Shown here in pieces: positions 1 through 13,974 of a DNA stretch of 64,000 nucleotides. Within the stretch, counting starts at the first letter, position 1; each line of letters begins with the position of its first letter. The stretch lies in the NCBI RefSeq assembly GCF_009914755.1, contig NC_060926.1; one strand, 5' to 3'. The DNA comes from the human T2T-CHM13v2.0 reference genome, Homo sapiens. The notes under the pieces were generated by a model. That model saw only the letters and a list, made by a program, of their open reading frames with translations, searched no databases and was not told the DNA's origin. The translations under genes were made by a program, and so were the position numbers.

Positions 1-68
1 TCAGGCAGTCCACCCGCCTCGGCCTCCCAAAGTACTAGGATTACAGGCGTGAGCCACTGCGCCCGTCC
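1..68 (-). mobile_element. Alu 5' end (cut by window edge)
   Basis: cctcggcctcccaaagt...ggattacaggcgtgagccactgcgccc is the reverse complement of the Alu 5' end. Confidence 0.9.
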
Positions 69-489
69 CACACACAACTCTTTAGGGGCCATTAATTTTA
101 TTTCTCATGTAAGAAAACAGCGGCTCTGAGGGATGACAGAATGTATCCAAAGTCATACAGCTACTAAGAAATCTAGCCAAGTTAGAAGCCAAGTCTCTCT
201 ATTCTTAATGATTATGTGACATGCCTCCCCTGGGTCATAGTCTCCTGCATACTGCACTAGCCGGAACACAGTCTTGCATTCAGTTGAGGATACTGAAAAA
301 TCTATAATGTGTCCAGGAGAGGAGAGGAGAGAACTTGGAGGTCTTGTGGCTTTCTAACTCTGAATTAGGAGTCAGACGCGGCTTCAATGTTGGCTATGAA
401 AGAAAATCATTACTCTTGAAACCGAATATTATTGCTCAGTCCTACTCCCAATCACTCTTTGTGGTTCTGCTCTTGGAAATCCACCATTG

Positions 490-1180
490 ACTCTATCTTC
501 TGGAGCATTGCAATAGTCTCCTTGCTTCTGTTCTTACCTCCCTAGAGTCAGATGTCCACCTAGCAGTGACCAGAATCAAAGATGTAAATAAAGTCGTATG
601 ACTCTCTTGCACAGAACCCTCTAATAGCTTTGCTTTATGCCCCAAATAACCAAAGCCCTCACCAAGCCCACATGATCTGGGTCCTCTTTATCTTTCTGCT
701 GCCTTCTATCCCTGCCCATCTGACTTCCCTGCTCTGGATGTACTGGATTCTGCTGATTTTCTTGCCCTGCAAGCTTATCTTCGCCTGCAGGGAGTTTTTC
801 CTGTTCCTCTGAAGGAACAGCCTTCCCCAGGTCAACAAGTGGTCCACTCCCTCGCTTCTTCCATGCATATGCAAAAAAGCCAACTTCTCAATAAGGTATT
901 CCCCAGCCAGCCTAACTCCAAGAGTCCCTCACCCATGTCCTAGCCCCTTATTTTGCTCAACTATTTTCTTCATAAAATGTATGCTTCCATGGTTTTGGAA
1001 AACGTATTTATCCATCTATTTATTTATTTATTTATTATCTCCACTACCAAAATGCCAGTTCTGTGGGGCCAGGGAACCTGTTTTGTCTTGAGGCCAGAGA
1101 ACTATGTGCTCAGTGGCAGGAATGGTGCGGACCTCTTATGGGAACTAACAAATATTTTTTGATAAACAAATAAATGTATG
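490..1180. mobile_element. Degraded L2-like fragments
   Basis: Pyrimidine-rich L2-like motifs (caatagtctcct, cagaaccctctaatagctt, cccacatgatctggg); boundaries approximate. Confidence 0.45.
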
Positions 1181-2482
1181 TAGTATCTCATGAATAAGAG
1201 GAAGACAGGGAAGAGAAAAGGGGAGTGGGATGCTTTGTAGGAAAGGCATCACTTGTGGTGAGAGGTGAGTTCTTGACCTCCTCATGGAGAAGGGCCAGGG
1301 GATGCTCTCCTATCGCCAGGATGGAGCCTCCCAAGAGAATCACTCAAACAGTCAGTGGGACTGGCAGCTTTGCCCTCATCTGGATGACTGGCACACCTAG
1401 AGACCCACAGGCTCACCTTGGCTCCTTGGCCAGGGCAGTGTGTGGTGAGGGAGTTCAGGGAGACCCTGATGTGATTTTACTGAAGTGTGGTGTACTCTAG
1501 AGATACAGACAAGGCTCTAACCTTCCCAGCACCAGCAGAGCCTAAAGAAACTATGGGGTCACATTCCTTGGAAGAACTTGGCAGAAACTCCCACCCCAAC
1601 TCAGAACTTTTAGACATTTAAAGTGTGGAAGACTGAAGGCTCTCATGACTCCATGCAAAGAAGCCAGTGGTTGGCAGAAGGGTTGGAACCATGAGATTTT
1701 CCCCAAGGGATCAATGGGTCAAGTGATAGGATGTCCAACCATGAAAAGAATTTGAATCTGGGATCTATTCAGGTCCTGAGAGTGCTTAATGATGAAGACA
1801 GACAGGGTGACACTGATGGTCAGTCACCCTGTCCAAGAAACTACACACACGGTGTACTGAAATAAAATGAAATCAGACTGTACCAGAAACTGTGGGAACC
1901 CCTCCCTCTGCAAACCCAAAGCCAGTGCTGCAAGAACTCTGCCTTTCCTGTGCTTTTTCTTGGCCCCTAACATCTCAGCACTGGTAGGGGTACATGATCC
2001 ATTCGCCTATGCCCACCATCTTGAGAAGCTCTTCTGAAAAAAAAAATAATAATAGCAACAAGAAAGTTGTGAAGTTTGGCAGGGATGTTGTTAGAGGACC
2101 TGATATCCAGTGAGAAAAAAAGCAAGTGAATATAGCAACATCGAAAGTAGAAATTAAAGAAGAAGAAAAGGAAAAAACAAAAATATTTTGATGTTTATAC
2201 CTAGATGACTTGATGGTAAATAAATGGGTGAGATAAATAAATGAGTTAGAAACAGAAATAGATTAAGAAGAAGGCAATCCCAAGAGTCATGGAATAATGG
2301 CTTCACCCAGGGAGGAGGTGTGAAGATTCCCAGGATGAAGCTGTGTCTCTGACATAGACAATGCCTTTCCTGACTGATCAGAGGGTTGAGATAAAAGAAG
2401 GGAAGTGGTTGCCTCAGGAGAGTAGGATTTGGTGGGGAAGAAATGGTCAGGGCTCTGTTGTTGGTAATTTTGCACTTTTCGA

Positions 2483-2778
2483 TTCTTTTGTTTTTTTCTT
2501 TTCTTTTGCTCTGTCGCCCAGGCTGGAATGCAGTGGCGCGATCTTGGCTCACTGAAACCTCCGCCCCACCCGGGTTCAAGAAATTCTCCTGCCTCAGCCT
2601 CCCAAGTAGCTGGAGTTACAGGCATGCACCACCACACCTGGCTAATTTTTGTATTTTTTTTGTAGAGATGAGTTTTGCCATGTTGGCCAGCCTGGTCTTG
2701 AATTCCTGACCTCAAATGATCTGCCTGCCTCTGCCTCCCAAAGTGCTGGAATTCAGGCGTGAGCCAGCGTACCAGGCC
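2483..2778 (-). mobile_element. Alu (S-type)
   Basis: T-rich tail then gctctgtcgcccaggctggaatgcagtggcgcg ... cccaaagtgctgg. Confidence 0.93.
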
Positions 2779-3786
2779 TGATTCTATATTATTTTTAAAG
2801 CAATATACATGTGTTGTTATAAAAAAAAAGATTAAAACTAATTAGTCACGTTCCATGCCCTCATTTTATTTATCTGAAAACACCTTGCTTTTTTTTTTTT
2901 TTTCATGAAGTGGGTGCTGAGTCTCCTTTAAGGAGATAAATATAGGAAACTTAGGAGGGCTTATTCAGACACACCCCATGGCATCTTTTCTCTTTTTGCT
3001 CAGAGAGAAAAACCAAATATCTGATGAATGCAGCTGAGGGCATCCAACCCTTGATATGAAGCTCAGTTTTCATTCCCAGGTTGGAGATTCTGCCTCAGTC
3101 TCTGTCCTTCTGGTGACAAAGTCAGTAATGAGCAGGAATTTCCTCTTCCTGCCCCCAGGAAGAACACATTTCTGTGGGTGCTAAAATAGCTTAATTCCTG
3201 GATAGGCCAAACTCAGGCCTTCAGAAGCCTGTGAGGCATAGAATAAATAAGCATTTGATCCTGCCCAGAGCGCCTTATCCTGATTCTTTAAGCTGAGAGC
3301 CCAGATATTCCTTTCCTGGTGTGAAGGTAGGTGGATGATGTCGGAGGCCCAGCCTTGGTGATTCAGCCAGTCAGAAGGGACTGCATCTGGGCCAGACAAA
3401 ATCTAGGACGGCACTGCCCTGTGTAGCCTGCCTATCTTGCCTGCATCCTGCCTGCAGGGAATTTGCGCTGCTCCGATTCTCCAGTCTGGGGAATGTAATA
3501 GAGTCACAGTAACTGTGGTAGCACAAGTGCTAAGATCCAGTCGAAACTATGGAGTTGAGGGAACCTTGGCTCTGAATTTCTCCTTTGACTCTTAGGTGCG
3601 CTCAGAAGTGCTTAAGAACCAGGTGGCCGCTCCCTCTGTACCTTCCCATGATGAGCGTGAGCATCTGTGTGGATCAGCGACCACAGTTGGAGGTACCTAT
3701 GGCTCTCAACGTCCATGAGGCTGTGTGTCCACCTATCCATGTCCTTCCGTGTCACAGGCCCCAGGGATGTTCCCAGCATAAAGTCA

Positions 3787-4198
<412 letters not shown>

Positions 4199-6039
4199 TC
4201 CAAATGGTCTATACTTTCTGATTTTGTACAGTCTTTATACCATAATATGAATGATAGAGGAGTTTTCTATATCCTTATGATTGTCCTTTAATATTTTCTG
4301 TCATTTTGTACACATGTAAGTACTTTTTAGGCAATTGGCCTTAATAACCATCAGATTCTATGCTGTAGAGGTAAATTCTCATCAAATTATATACTACATT
4401 TTACGTGTTGATTTGAAATTAGGTCAGATTAATTAAAGAAGTGGGTGGCTGATACTACTAAATTTGCATAGATAATTTGTGTGTCTTTCTTTAGTTTAAT
4501 TTATGCTTCACAATTAGGGCAGATCTGAATAACAGGAGTTTTTGACGAGCATTTGACGCTGACATTTGAAGTCTGGTAGTACTGCTCCTCCTTAGGTTAA
4601 ATTATAGCTTCAAGGTCCTTCCCTGGAATTTACAAAACCTTAAGTGGGACTGAGATATTTCCAGAGAACAGATTGTACTGATAATTTGGGCCAGGAGGTA
4701 GTTTGGGATCTGGGCTTTTCACTTTCCAGACAGGGATGATGCTTTTCTTCTTGCTACAAGTTGTTGAAAGAGAGGCCTTCTGAGAACAGGACCCCTGGAC
4801 CAGATCCTCACTCCCAGTTCCAGAGTGCTCCTCACTGCTGACTGGGCTCAGACATCTGCCCAGTGTCTAGTATGGTCATTCTGGACCAGACTTCATCCTG
4901 TGCCACTTCTATTTCTGTGAAGATAGATGAGCCTTCATACTAGGAAGTCTGAAATGGTTCTAGGTTTTTCCCATTTGCTTTCAGCAAATCTCTCCTTCAT
5001 GCTTCCTCTTTAGAAGGTCCAGTTTCGAAAAGTAAGTATTTCCTGGTGGGAGATCTCAAGCGCAGCTGTGACTGCTGGTTGCTCCACTGTGGTAGTTTGT
5101 GCAGAGTGAGATGTGCGGTTCTGGGTGACATCCCCAAGTCTCAGTCCAATTTGGCCACACACTGAGGAGGTTGGTTAATGTAGGGGCAGATACAGAATAG
5201 TAATGACTTCAAGCCTGAAGCTCAGATGGCAGGCTGTGGGGTTAGTTACTTTTGGAAGGTATAATCCCAGAGAGCTGAGAGAAGATGTAAACTTCATGGC
5301 TTCAAGGACTAGTGGTAGGAGAGGGAGACAAAGAGACAGAGATGAGGATAAAAGATTGAGCTGCAGAGCCAATCATTAATTCAGAGACATCCTGGAGAGA
5401 GGCTGTCCTCTCAATGCCTGATCTCCATCTATGCTTGTTTTAGGTGATGGGTTCTACAGTGAGTGACTCAGTGGGAGACTGTCAGTTTCAGACTGGATTA
5501 ACCATGTTTTCCCATGTCCCTTTCTCACCAGAGTGAAGGCAAGTCGTCGTGGGTTCTGTCCTTTAAGTTTAAGGGATGAGAAGGAAGGAAAAGTAGGTTG
5601 GCCTTGGATTTCTGCATCCAGCTTCCTCTCTCTAGATTGGGATATCAGCATAGTCCAGGTTGGCCCCTGGATATGAGACTCACTCTGGTCATCTTGGGAG
5701 TTCAAGGATATAGTCGGTGTCTGCTGTGAGGGATGAGACAGGCACAGAGCACTGGAACCTGCTCTTGCTTGACCCCTCACTAAGACAATTATAAGACAAA
5801 AAGATCCCCAGGGTGTCCCAGTCACAAAACTCAGGGAACACCCAAAGAGGGAAAAACCAAATACTCCAGGAAGTGGCCACTATCCCACCCCTGCAACCAC
5901 CCTCACCGTGGCACAGTTCCCTGGCTTAAAGTACTGATTAACTTTGTGTTTAGTTAAGTCAAGGAGAACTGATAAAATAGAGTTTACAATATTACAGTCT
6001 TAGGCTCACACTGATTTCTCATCTGAAGAGGCCTAGAAA

Positions 6040-8290
6040 TAAATATACTAGCCATTATGTATTAAATTAATGGAGAGTATATAACTTCCAAACTAGAGGG
6101 GAGGATGAACAAAGGAAAAACAAACAAAACCACCTTACTCAATCCAGTTGAAGCCATAAAGGGAAGGAGAAACAGGAACAGAAAAAGAGGTATCAGGAAA
6201 AAAAGCAAAGAAAAAATGAAAGCATGGTAGGAATAAATCCACATATTTCAGAAACCACAGTCCATTTAAATGAATTTAATTCTCCATTAAAAGAGACCTT
6301 CTTAAAACAGAAAGGCACGAGTTTATTTTTGTGTCACTGAGTTGGCTTGTATTGGATCAGGACTTTTACAAAAACAGCTATAAGACCTGGGTCAGATAGC
6401 AAAGGGGTGGGAAACTGCTGACATCGGTGAATAAGCATAAGACAAGGCATGCAGGCAGATCCTGGAGGGAGTAGTCACTCGGGGAAAATCATCTGCATGG
6501 GTCAATTTCCCATTTTTGAAAGTTTCATAAGGTGGGCAGGCTGAAGTTGCACAGTGTAGAAAATCCAATAGTCTTTCTTGAAGAATAAGGGAACAGATGT
6601 GACTCCGCATCAAGAATAAAGATCATCAATGAAGACCAATGCTGAAATTGTCCAGACAAGAATTGTAAAGCAGAACTACATTAATGGAATAAAGGAGAAA
6701 TGCCACCTAAATCTTTTAATAGATAAAGTATTAGGCCAAAGGTAACATCTACTTAGGATATAAACTCCCAGCAAACTAGGAATAGAAGAAAACTTCAACA
6801 TGTTAAAATAGTGCCCAAGAAAAAAAAGTCTACAGCACATACTTAATGGTGAAAGAATTGATTTTTTTCCCTAAGATTCATAACAAGTCAAGAATGTTTG
6901 CTTTTTCCACTTTTGTTCAACATCGTATTGGAAGTCCTAGTCATTTTGAGAAGTCTGCTAAAAATACACAAGAAATAAAAATCAGAAAATAAGTAAAACT
7001 CTCCTCAAATAATATGATTGTTTATATAGAAAATCCTAAGAAATCCACATAACAACTACTAGAACTAATAAGTGCAAGGCTGGAGGATACACTATTTTTT
7101 ATAGAAAAGTTAACTGTATTTTTATATACTGGCAGCAGGCTATCAGAAAATGAAAGCAAAAATCAAATCCATTTACATAGCATCAAAAACTTCAAATACT
7201 TAGGAATAAATTTAACAAAGTATATAAAAGACCTGTGCACCAAAAACTACAAAATGTTACTGAGAGAGATTAAAGAATACCTAAATAATTGAAGGTATAT
7301 ACCATGTTTATGAATTAAAAGACTGAATATTTTTAAGATGTCAGTCTATAGATTCCATGACATCTCTACCATAATAGCACTAGGCTTTTTTTTTGGTTGA
7401 AATTGCCAAGCTGGCCAGTCATAGTGGCTCACGCCTGTAATTCCAGCACTTTGGAAGGCCAAGGTGGGAGGATGGCTTGAGCTCAGGAGTTTGTGACCAG
7501 CTTGGGCAACTTAGCAACACCCTGTCTCTAAAAAAACACAAAGATTAGTGGGGCATGGTGGCTTGCGCCTGTGGTCCCAGCTACTTGGGAGGCTGAGGCA
7601 GAAGGATGACTTCAGTCTGCAGAGGTTGAGACTGCAGTCAGCCGAGATTGAGCCACTGCACTCCAGCCCTGGGTGACAGAGCAAGACTTTGCCACAAAAA
7701 AAAAAAAAAAGGAAGAAGAAAGGAAAGAAAATGCCAAACAAGCTTGGAGAAAGATGATCCAAGAAATCACTATCTGTACCACAAAATGACAAAAATCAAG
7801 ACAATGTCTTACTAGCAGCATGAGGAGTGATAAATAAAACAATCAAATCGAATAGAAAGCCTATATGCCAAAGTGATCCAGTGGGAGAAAGAGATACCTT
7901 TTAAACAAACAGTGCCAGAACAATTAGATATCCATGAGAAAATATGAATCTCAAACCCTACCTCACACATAATACTGAAAATTTAATCGAGGTGAATTAC
8001 AGACCTAAACATGAAAGCTAAAACCTTAGCGCTTTTAGAGAAAAAAGGCTAATATTTCTTAAACTTGAGGGTGAGCAAAGGTTTCTTAGGCAGATCTCAG
8101 AAAGAAATAACCATGAAAGAAAATAAAGATTAAACTAGACATTGTTAAAATAAAAACTTACTTATTAGGCTCATCAAATGACACTGTTAAGGAAACAAGT
8201 AGCAAGTCACAGACATATATCTGATCAACAACTGATATTCAACATATATAAAGAACTGGTATAATTGACAAATAAAAAGTTAAGCAATCT
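6040..8290 (+). mobile_element. Ancient L1 (L1M) ORF2-region fragments
   Basis: A-rich degraded L1 ORF2 motifs (ttcaacatcgtattggaagtcctag, atagaaaatcctaagaaatccac, aatacttaggaataaatttaacaaag); interrupted by Alu. Confidence 0.8.
7413..7710 (+). mobile_element. Alu (J-type)
   Basis: ggccagtcatagtggctcacgcctgtaattccagc...gatggcttgagctcaggag...poly(A). Confidence 0.92.
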
Positions 8291-8292
8291 AA

Positions 8293-8423
8293 TTTTTTTA
8301 GAGACAGGGTCTCACCTATGTTGCCTAGGCTGGAGTGCAGTGGCTATTCACAGGTGCAATCACAGTGCAAGGCAGCCTTGAACTCCTGGGCTCAAGAGAT
8401 CCTCCTGCCTCAGCCTCCCGAGT
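8293..8423 (-). mobile_element. Fossil Alu monomer (FAM-like)
   Basis: 7SL-like ggagtgcagtggctattcacaggtgc segment; flanked by gttaa(g)caatctaattttt duplication. Confidence 0.75.
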
Positions 8424-10109
8424 TAACAATCTAATTTTTAAAATGGGCTGGCTTTCTGGGATGATGGTGACGAGGTCTCAGTGCCTGGAAAGGGGGTGGC
8501 ATTACCCTCAAGGATGCTGGGAGGCTTTTTCCAGGGAGCTGACAGTAGTGACAAAGGACATCTGATATGGAACATCAGGGGAAAGAGAGCAGGACTTCAC
8601 CTCATAAGGACAACCACTAGGAGGTGCCTCTGACACCAGCCATGGCTTTCAGCACCTGAAGTGTTTTAAGGGCTGTATCTGAGGCACCTGTTCATTCACC
8701 TGTCACCCTATGTTGTCGTATCCAGAATGGAACCTCTATTAGGGCAGGAGTCGTCTTGCCTTTCCGAGCTTCTCACTATTCAGGGACACATAATAGGTCA
8801 TTCCTAGAATGCCTAAGCTAGCTATATCCCTTAATCCTGCACTCAGGGTTTGAAAAAAATTTAACTTTATTGAGGAATAATTAGCACACAATAAACGGCG
8901 CATATTTAAAATATACAATTTGATAAGTTTTGACATATGTCTATGTTTGTGAAACCATCATCAAAATTAAAATCATGAACATATTCACCATCCCCCAAAG
9001 AGTCTTCATGTCTCCTGGAGTCTGTCCTTCCCTCCCATCCCCCGTCCTATTCACCAGGAATCTACAGATCTGCTTTCTGTCACTATAGGTTTGTTTTCAT
9101 TTGTTTTGTAATTTTATATAAAGGGGATCCCCCAGTATATAATTGATTTTGTCTGGCTTCCTTCACTCAGTGTACTTTCCTTGAGATCCATTCAAGTTGT
9201 TCCAATAGTCATTCCTTTTAATTGTCCTCCATTCAGTTTTTAATAGAAATTTGGTTTCTTCCACTTTTTGGCTATTACAAATAGAGCTACTATGAACATT
9301 GATGTACAAGTCTTAGTATGGACATATGCTTTCTTTTCTCTTAAATTAATACCTAGAAGTGGAATGGCTGGATCATAGGGTTGGTATATGTTAACTTTAA
9401 CAGAAACTACCTTTTTTTTTCATTTTACATTTTCATCACTATTATGTGAGAGATCTGGTTCTCTAATATTCTCACCAAGACTTGGTATAGCTAGTCTTTT
9501 TAATTTTAGCAATAGTAATAGGTAAGCAATACTAATAGCTCATTGCTATTTTATTTGCAGTTTCCCAATGACTAATTATATTGAACATCTTTTTGTAGGC
9601 TTTTTGTTTTGGTCATCTGTATATATTATTTGATACAAATATCTGTTCTAAGTTTTTGCCCATTTTAAAAATTGTCTTTTTTGTTTCCTTTTTATTAAGT
9701 TTTGAGAGTTCTTTATATACTGTGGATACAAGTCCTTTCTCAGATATATACATTACAAGTATTTTTCCCAGTCAGTGACTTCTCTTTTCATTCTCTGAAT
9801 AGAATCTTTCAAAAAGAAATTTTTGTTTTTAATAAAGTCAAATTTAGCAATTTAAAAAATCATACGTACCATAATTTCTCACTGTATCTAAGAAATCTTT
9901 GCTTAATAGAATGAAAAAGGTTTCTTCTATGTTTAATTATGAAGCATTGTAGATTATGTTTTCCATTTTGATTTATGATCAATTTTGAATTATTTTTCCA
10001 TATGCTGCAAGAAATGGATCATAATTCACCTTTTTGTTGTCATTATATGAATATCTCATTGATTTGTCACCATTTGTTGAACATGGTATTTTTTTCTCCA
10101 CTGATTGTA

Positions 10110-10401
10110 TTTGTTGTTGTAGTTTTTAAGACAGAGTCTTGCTCTGTCGCCCAGGCTGGAGTGCATGGCACGATCTCAGCTCTCTGCAACCTCCGCTCCC
10201 CAGGTTCAAGCAATTCTCTATCTTCCAAGTAGCTGGGATTACAGGCATGCACCACCACACCCAGCTAACTTTTGTATTTTTAGTAGAGAAGGGGTTTCAC
10301 CATGTTGGCCAGGCTTGTCTTGGACTCCTGACCTCAGGTGATCTGCCCACCTAGGTCTCCCAAAGTGCTGGAATTACAGGTGTGAGCCACTGCACCCAGC
10401 C
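10110..10401 (-). mobile_element. Alu (S-type)
   Basis: Antisense Alu consensus; flanked by cactg(a/g)ttgtatttgt duplication. Confidence 0.93.
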
Positions 10402-10804
10402 ACACTGGTTGTATTTGTATGTTTGTTGAAAATCAGTTGTTCATATATGTGTAAGTCTATTTCTGGACTCTATCCTTTTTCATTGACCTATTTGTCTATC
10501 TTTTTGCCAATGCCACATGTAATAATCAGCATGTCAATTTCTTTAATAAAAGCCTGCTAGGATTTTGACTGGGATTGTATTGGATCTACAGGTCAAGTTG
10601 GGGAAAATTCACTTTTTAATAATATTGAATCCTCTGACCCTTGAGGAAGGCATATCGTTCTGGCTTTTTAGGCCTTTCAAAAACTTTCTTTTAGCAATAT
10701 TTTAAAATTTTCAGTGTGTCAGTGTACTGTTAATCATTGTGAAATAAACTTCTTATCCTTGGCAATATTCTTTATTCTGCAATTTACTTTGATATATCTA
10801 TATC

Positions 10805-10807
<3 letters not shown>

Positions 10808-10844
<37 letters not shown>
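10808..10844. repeat. (TG)n microsatellite, ~18 units
   Basis: Uninterrupted tgtgtg run. Confidence 0.97.
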
Positions 10845-10847
<3 letters not shown>

Positions 10848-11042
10848 TTAGAAACACTGCTCTGTTGCCCAGGCTGGAGTACAGTGGCATGATCATTAGT
10901 TCACTGTAGCTGTGAACTCCTGAGCTCAAGTGATCCTACCACCTCAGCTTCTGGAGTAGCTGGGACTACAGGCATGTGCCACCATGTTCAGCTATTTTTT
11001 TTATTTTTTGTAAAGACAAGGTCTCACTATGTTGCCCAGGCT
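10848..11042 (-). mobile_element. Partial Alu (J-type)
   Basis: ctctgttgcccaggctggagtacagtggc...tcactgtagc...ctcaagtgatcc. Confidence 0.85.
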
Positions 11043-12737
11043 CACTTTGTCTAATATTAATATAGCCACTCCAACTTGCTTTTTATTGGTGTTAACATGG
11101 TATATCATTTTCCATCATGTTCCTTTTAGCATAATTGTGTCTTTACCTTTAAAGTGCACTTCTTGTTGGTAGCATCTAGTAAAGTTTTGCTTTTTAATTC
11201 AATCTGACAATCTTTTAATTGGAGTGTTTAGGCTATTTATATTTAATGTTGCTATTGCTGTGGTTAGGTTCAAGTCTACCATCGTGTTATTTGTTTTCTA
11301 TATTTGTCATCAGTTCTTTGTTCCATTTTTTCCTGAGTCCTTTTGGATTACTTGAACATTTTCTGATTCAATTTTATCTCCTCTGTTAACTTACTAGTGA
11401 TTACTAATTATTTTGTTGTTTGAGTAGTTGATTTAGAATTACAGTATCCATCTTTAATTTGTCACAGTCTCCCATAGTAAAATAATATACTTTCATTTCT
11501 CCCCTCCTAAACCATATCCTATTTTTGTCATTCGTTTTACTTATATATATGTTATAATCCTAATGATACCTTGTTATTGTTTTTTAAATAATTATCTTTT
11601 AAAGGGATTTAAATATTAAGTTAAAAATCTCACATATGTATAAATATAGTTATCATTTCTGGAGCTTATTTTCTGTATTAAAATTCTTATTTCCATACAG
11701 TATTATTTTCTTTCTGTGTGTGTCTGAAAAGACATTTATTTCATCTTAATTTTGAAAGATTTTTTGCTGGTTATAACCGCAAAAGCATAATTGACAATGT
11801 TTTTTTCAGTAGTTCAAATATGTTGCTCTACTGCTTTCTCACTTGTATTGATTCTGACAAAAAATCTGCCGTCATCCTTCTTTTTATGTATTTGTATGCA
11901 TTGTGTCCTTTTTCCTCCAGCTACTTTTAAGATTTTCTCAGTATCACTGGTTTTGAGCAATTTGTTTATGATTTTGCTGCTGTAGTTTTCTTCATATTTC
12001 ATGTGCACGGGGTCATCAATCTTCTTGAACCTGTGTTTATGGTTTTCATGAAATTTAGAAAATATTTGGCTAACATTTGAAAAAAATCTTTGTTCCCACC
12101 ATCCTCTTTTCCTTTAAAAATTCCATATATTAGGCCCCTTGAATTAGTCCCATATATCACTGATTCTCTGTTCTTGTATGTGTCGTATGTCCTTTTATTT
12201 TTATTTTTCACTTCATAATTTATTTTGGAACATTTCTATTTCGATGTCCTCAAATTCACTAATAATTTCTTCTGTATGCTAATTTCATGTAGTGTATATT
12301 TCATTCCAGACATGGCAGTTTTTACATCTTGGAGTTTGACTTGAGTCTGTTTTAAGCTCTTTCATGTCTCTACTTAAATTATTAAATATACAGAATTTAG
12401 ACATAACATTTTAATGTGTATTTGTTCATTTTAACATCTGTATCAGTTCTGGGTTGGCTTTGATTAATTTTTCTCCTCATACTGTGTCTGAATTTCCTGT
12501 TTCTTTGCCTTTCTTGTAAGCATTGGATGTCAGACACTGTAATTTTACTGTGTTAGCTGCTAAGTACTTTTTTAATACATAATAATGCATTCTTACTTTG
12601 GAAAGCTTTCAAATTTACAGAAAAAGTGCAAAGATTGTGTATTAACATTTTACATTTGTTTTGCATACATGTTACAATGAATACACCAATATTGATACAT
12701 TATTATTATATAAAGTTTATATTCTGGTTTCTTCAGG

Positions 12738-13029
12738 TTTTTTTTTTTTGAGACGGAGTCTGGCTCTGTCACCCAGGCTGGAGTGCAGTGGCACCATCTC
12801 GGCTTACTGCAAGCTCCACCTCCCGGGTTCATGCCATTCTCCTGCTTCAACCTCCTGAGTAGCTGGGACTACAGACTCCCGCCACCACGCTCAGCTAATT
12901 TTTTGTATTTTTAGTAGAGACGGTGTTTCACCATGTTAGCCAGTATGGTCTCGATCTCCTGACCTCGTGATCCGCCCACCTCGGCCCCCAAAGTGTTGGG
13001 ATTACAGGCGTGAGCCACCGCGCCTGCCC
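12738..13029 (-). mobile_element. AluY-like
   Basis: Y-type diagnostics gcaagctcc...ttcatgccattct and gttagccag...gtctcgatctcctgacctcgtgatcc; tcttcag(g)ttttt flanks. Confidence 0.92.
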
Positions 13030-13817
13030 TCTTCAGTTTTTATCTAATATCCTTTTTTTGTTCCACCATTCCATCAAAGATAAGACTTTTAGTCACCATG
13101 TCTCCTTAGACTCCTCTTTGCTATAAAAATTTCATAGGCTTTGTTTGTTGTTAATGACGGTTTTGAGGAGTACAGTAAATAGATTCGGATTTGTCTGATG
13201 TTTTTCTTATGATTAGACTAGGGTTATGGGTTTGGGGGAGGGAGATCACAGAGATAAAATGCTATTTTTATTATATATCATATCTAAGGTACATACTGTC
13301 AACATAACTTATTACTGCTGATGTTAATCTTGATTACCTGGCTGAGATAGTGTTCATTAGGTTTCTCCACTGTAAAGTTACTCTTTCACCCCCATTTCCA
13401 TACTATATTCATTACAGAGAAGTTACTATGTGTAGCCCACACTTAGAGCCTGAAGGTTATGTTGTAATTTCTTGAGAGTTGGATAGCTAAATAAATAATT
13501 TGGAATTATTTTGCATGGGAGATTAGTCTGTCTTATTTATTTATTTAGTCAGCTGGTGCTCACTGATATTTGTTTTATGTTTTAAATTATAATCCAGTGC
13601 TACTTTATTTATTTTGCTACTTAAGTTGTTCCAGCTTTGGCCATTGGAAGCACTTTTATTTAGCTCCTGTGTTCCTTTGACATACCAATCACTGTGGATT
13701 TTTTTAAGTATTTCCTTACTTTTTGTTACAACAACATGCTTAGGCTGCTCTTGTGTATTTTCTGTGCCCGTCCCAAATTCAGCCATTTTGCCAAGGGTGT
13801 TGGGTACTTTTGTATTA

Positions 13818-13974
13818 CAGGTTGAGTATCCCTGATCCAAAAATTCAAAATTAGAAATGCTTCAATTAGCATTTCTTACGAGCATGACTTTTGAGTGTCA
13901 TGTTGGTGCTCAAAAAGTTTTGGATTTTGAAAGATTTCAGATTTTGAATTTTGAGACTAGGGAGGCTCAACTTG
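13818..13974. mobile_element. Tigger4a/MER46-like DNA transposon MITE
   Basis: Terminal inverted repeats caggttgag...ctcaacttg, TA on both sides. Confidence 0.75.

Noticed and set aside
8613-8629. CTCF-like ccactaggaggtgcc (also ctctagagggcacc ~50983)
   Set aside because: Mismatches at core positions; too weak without binding data
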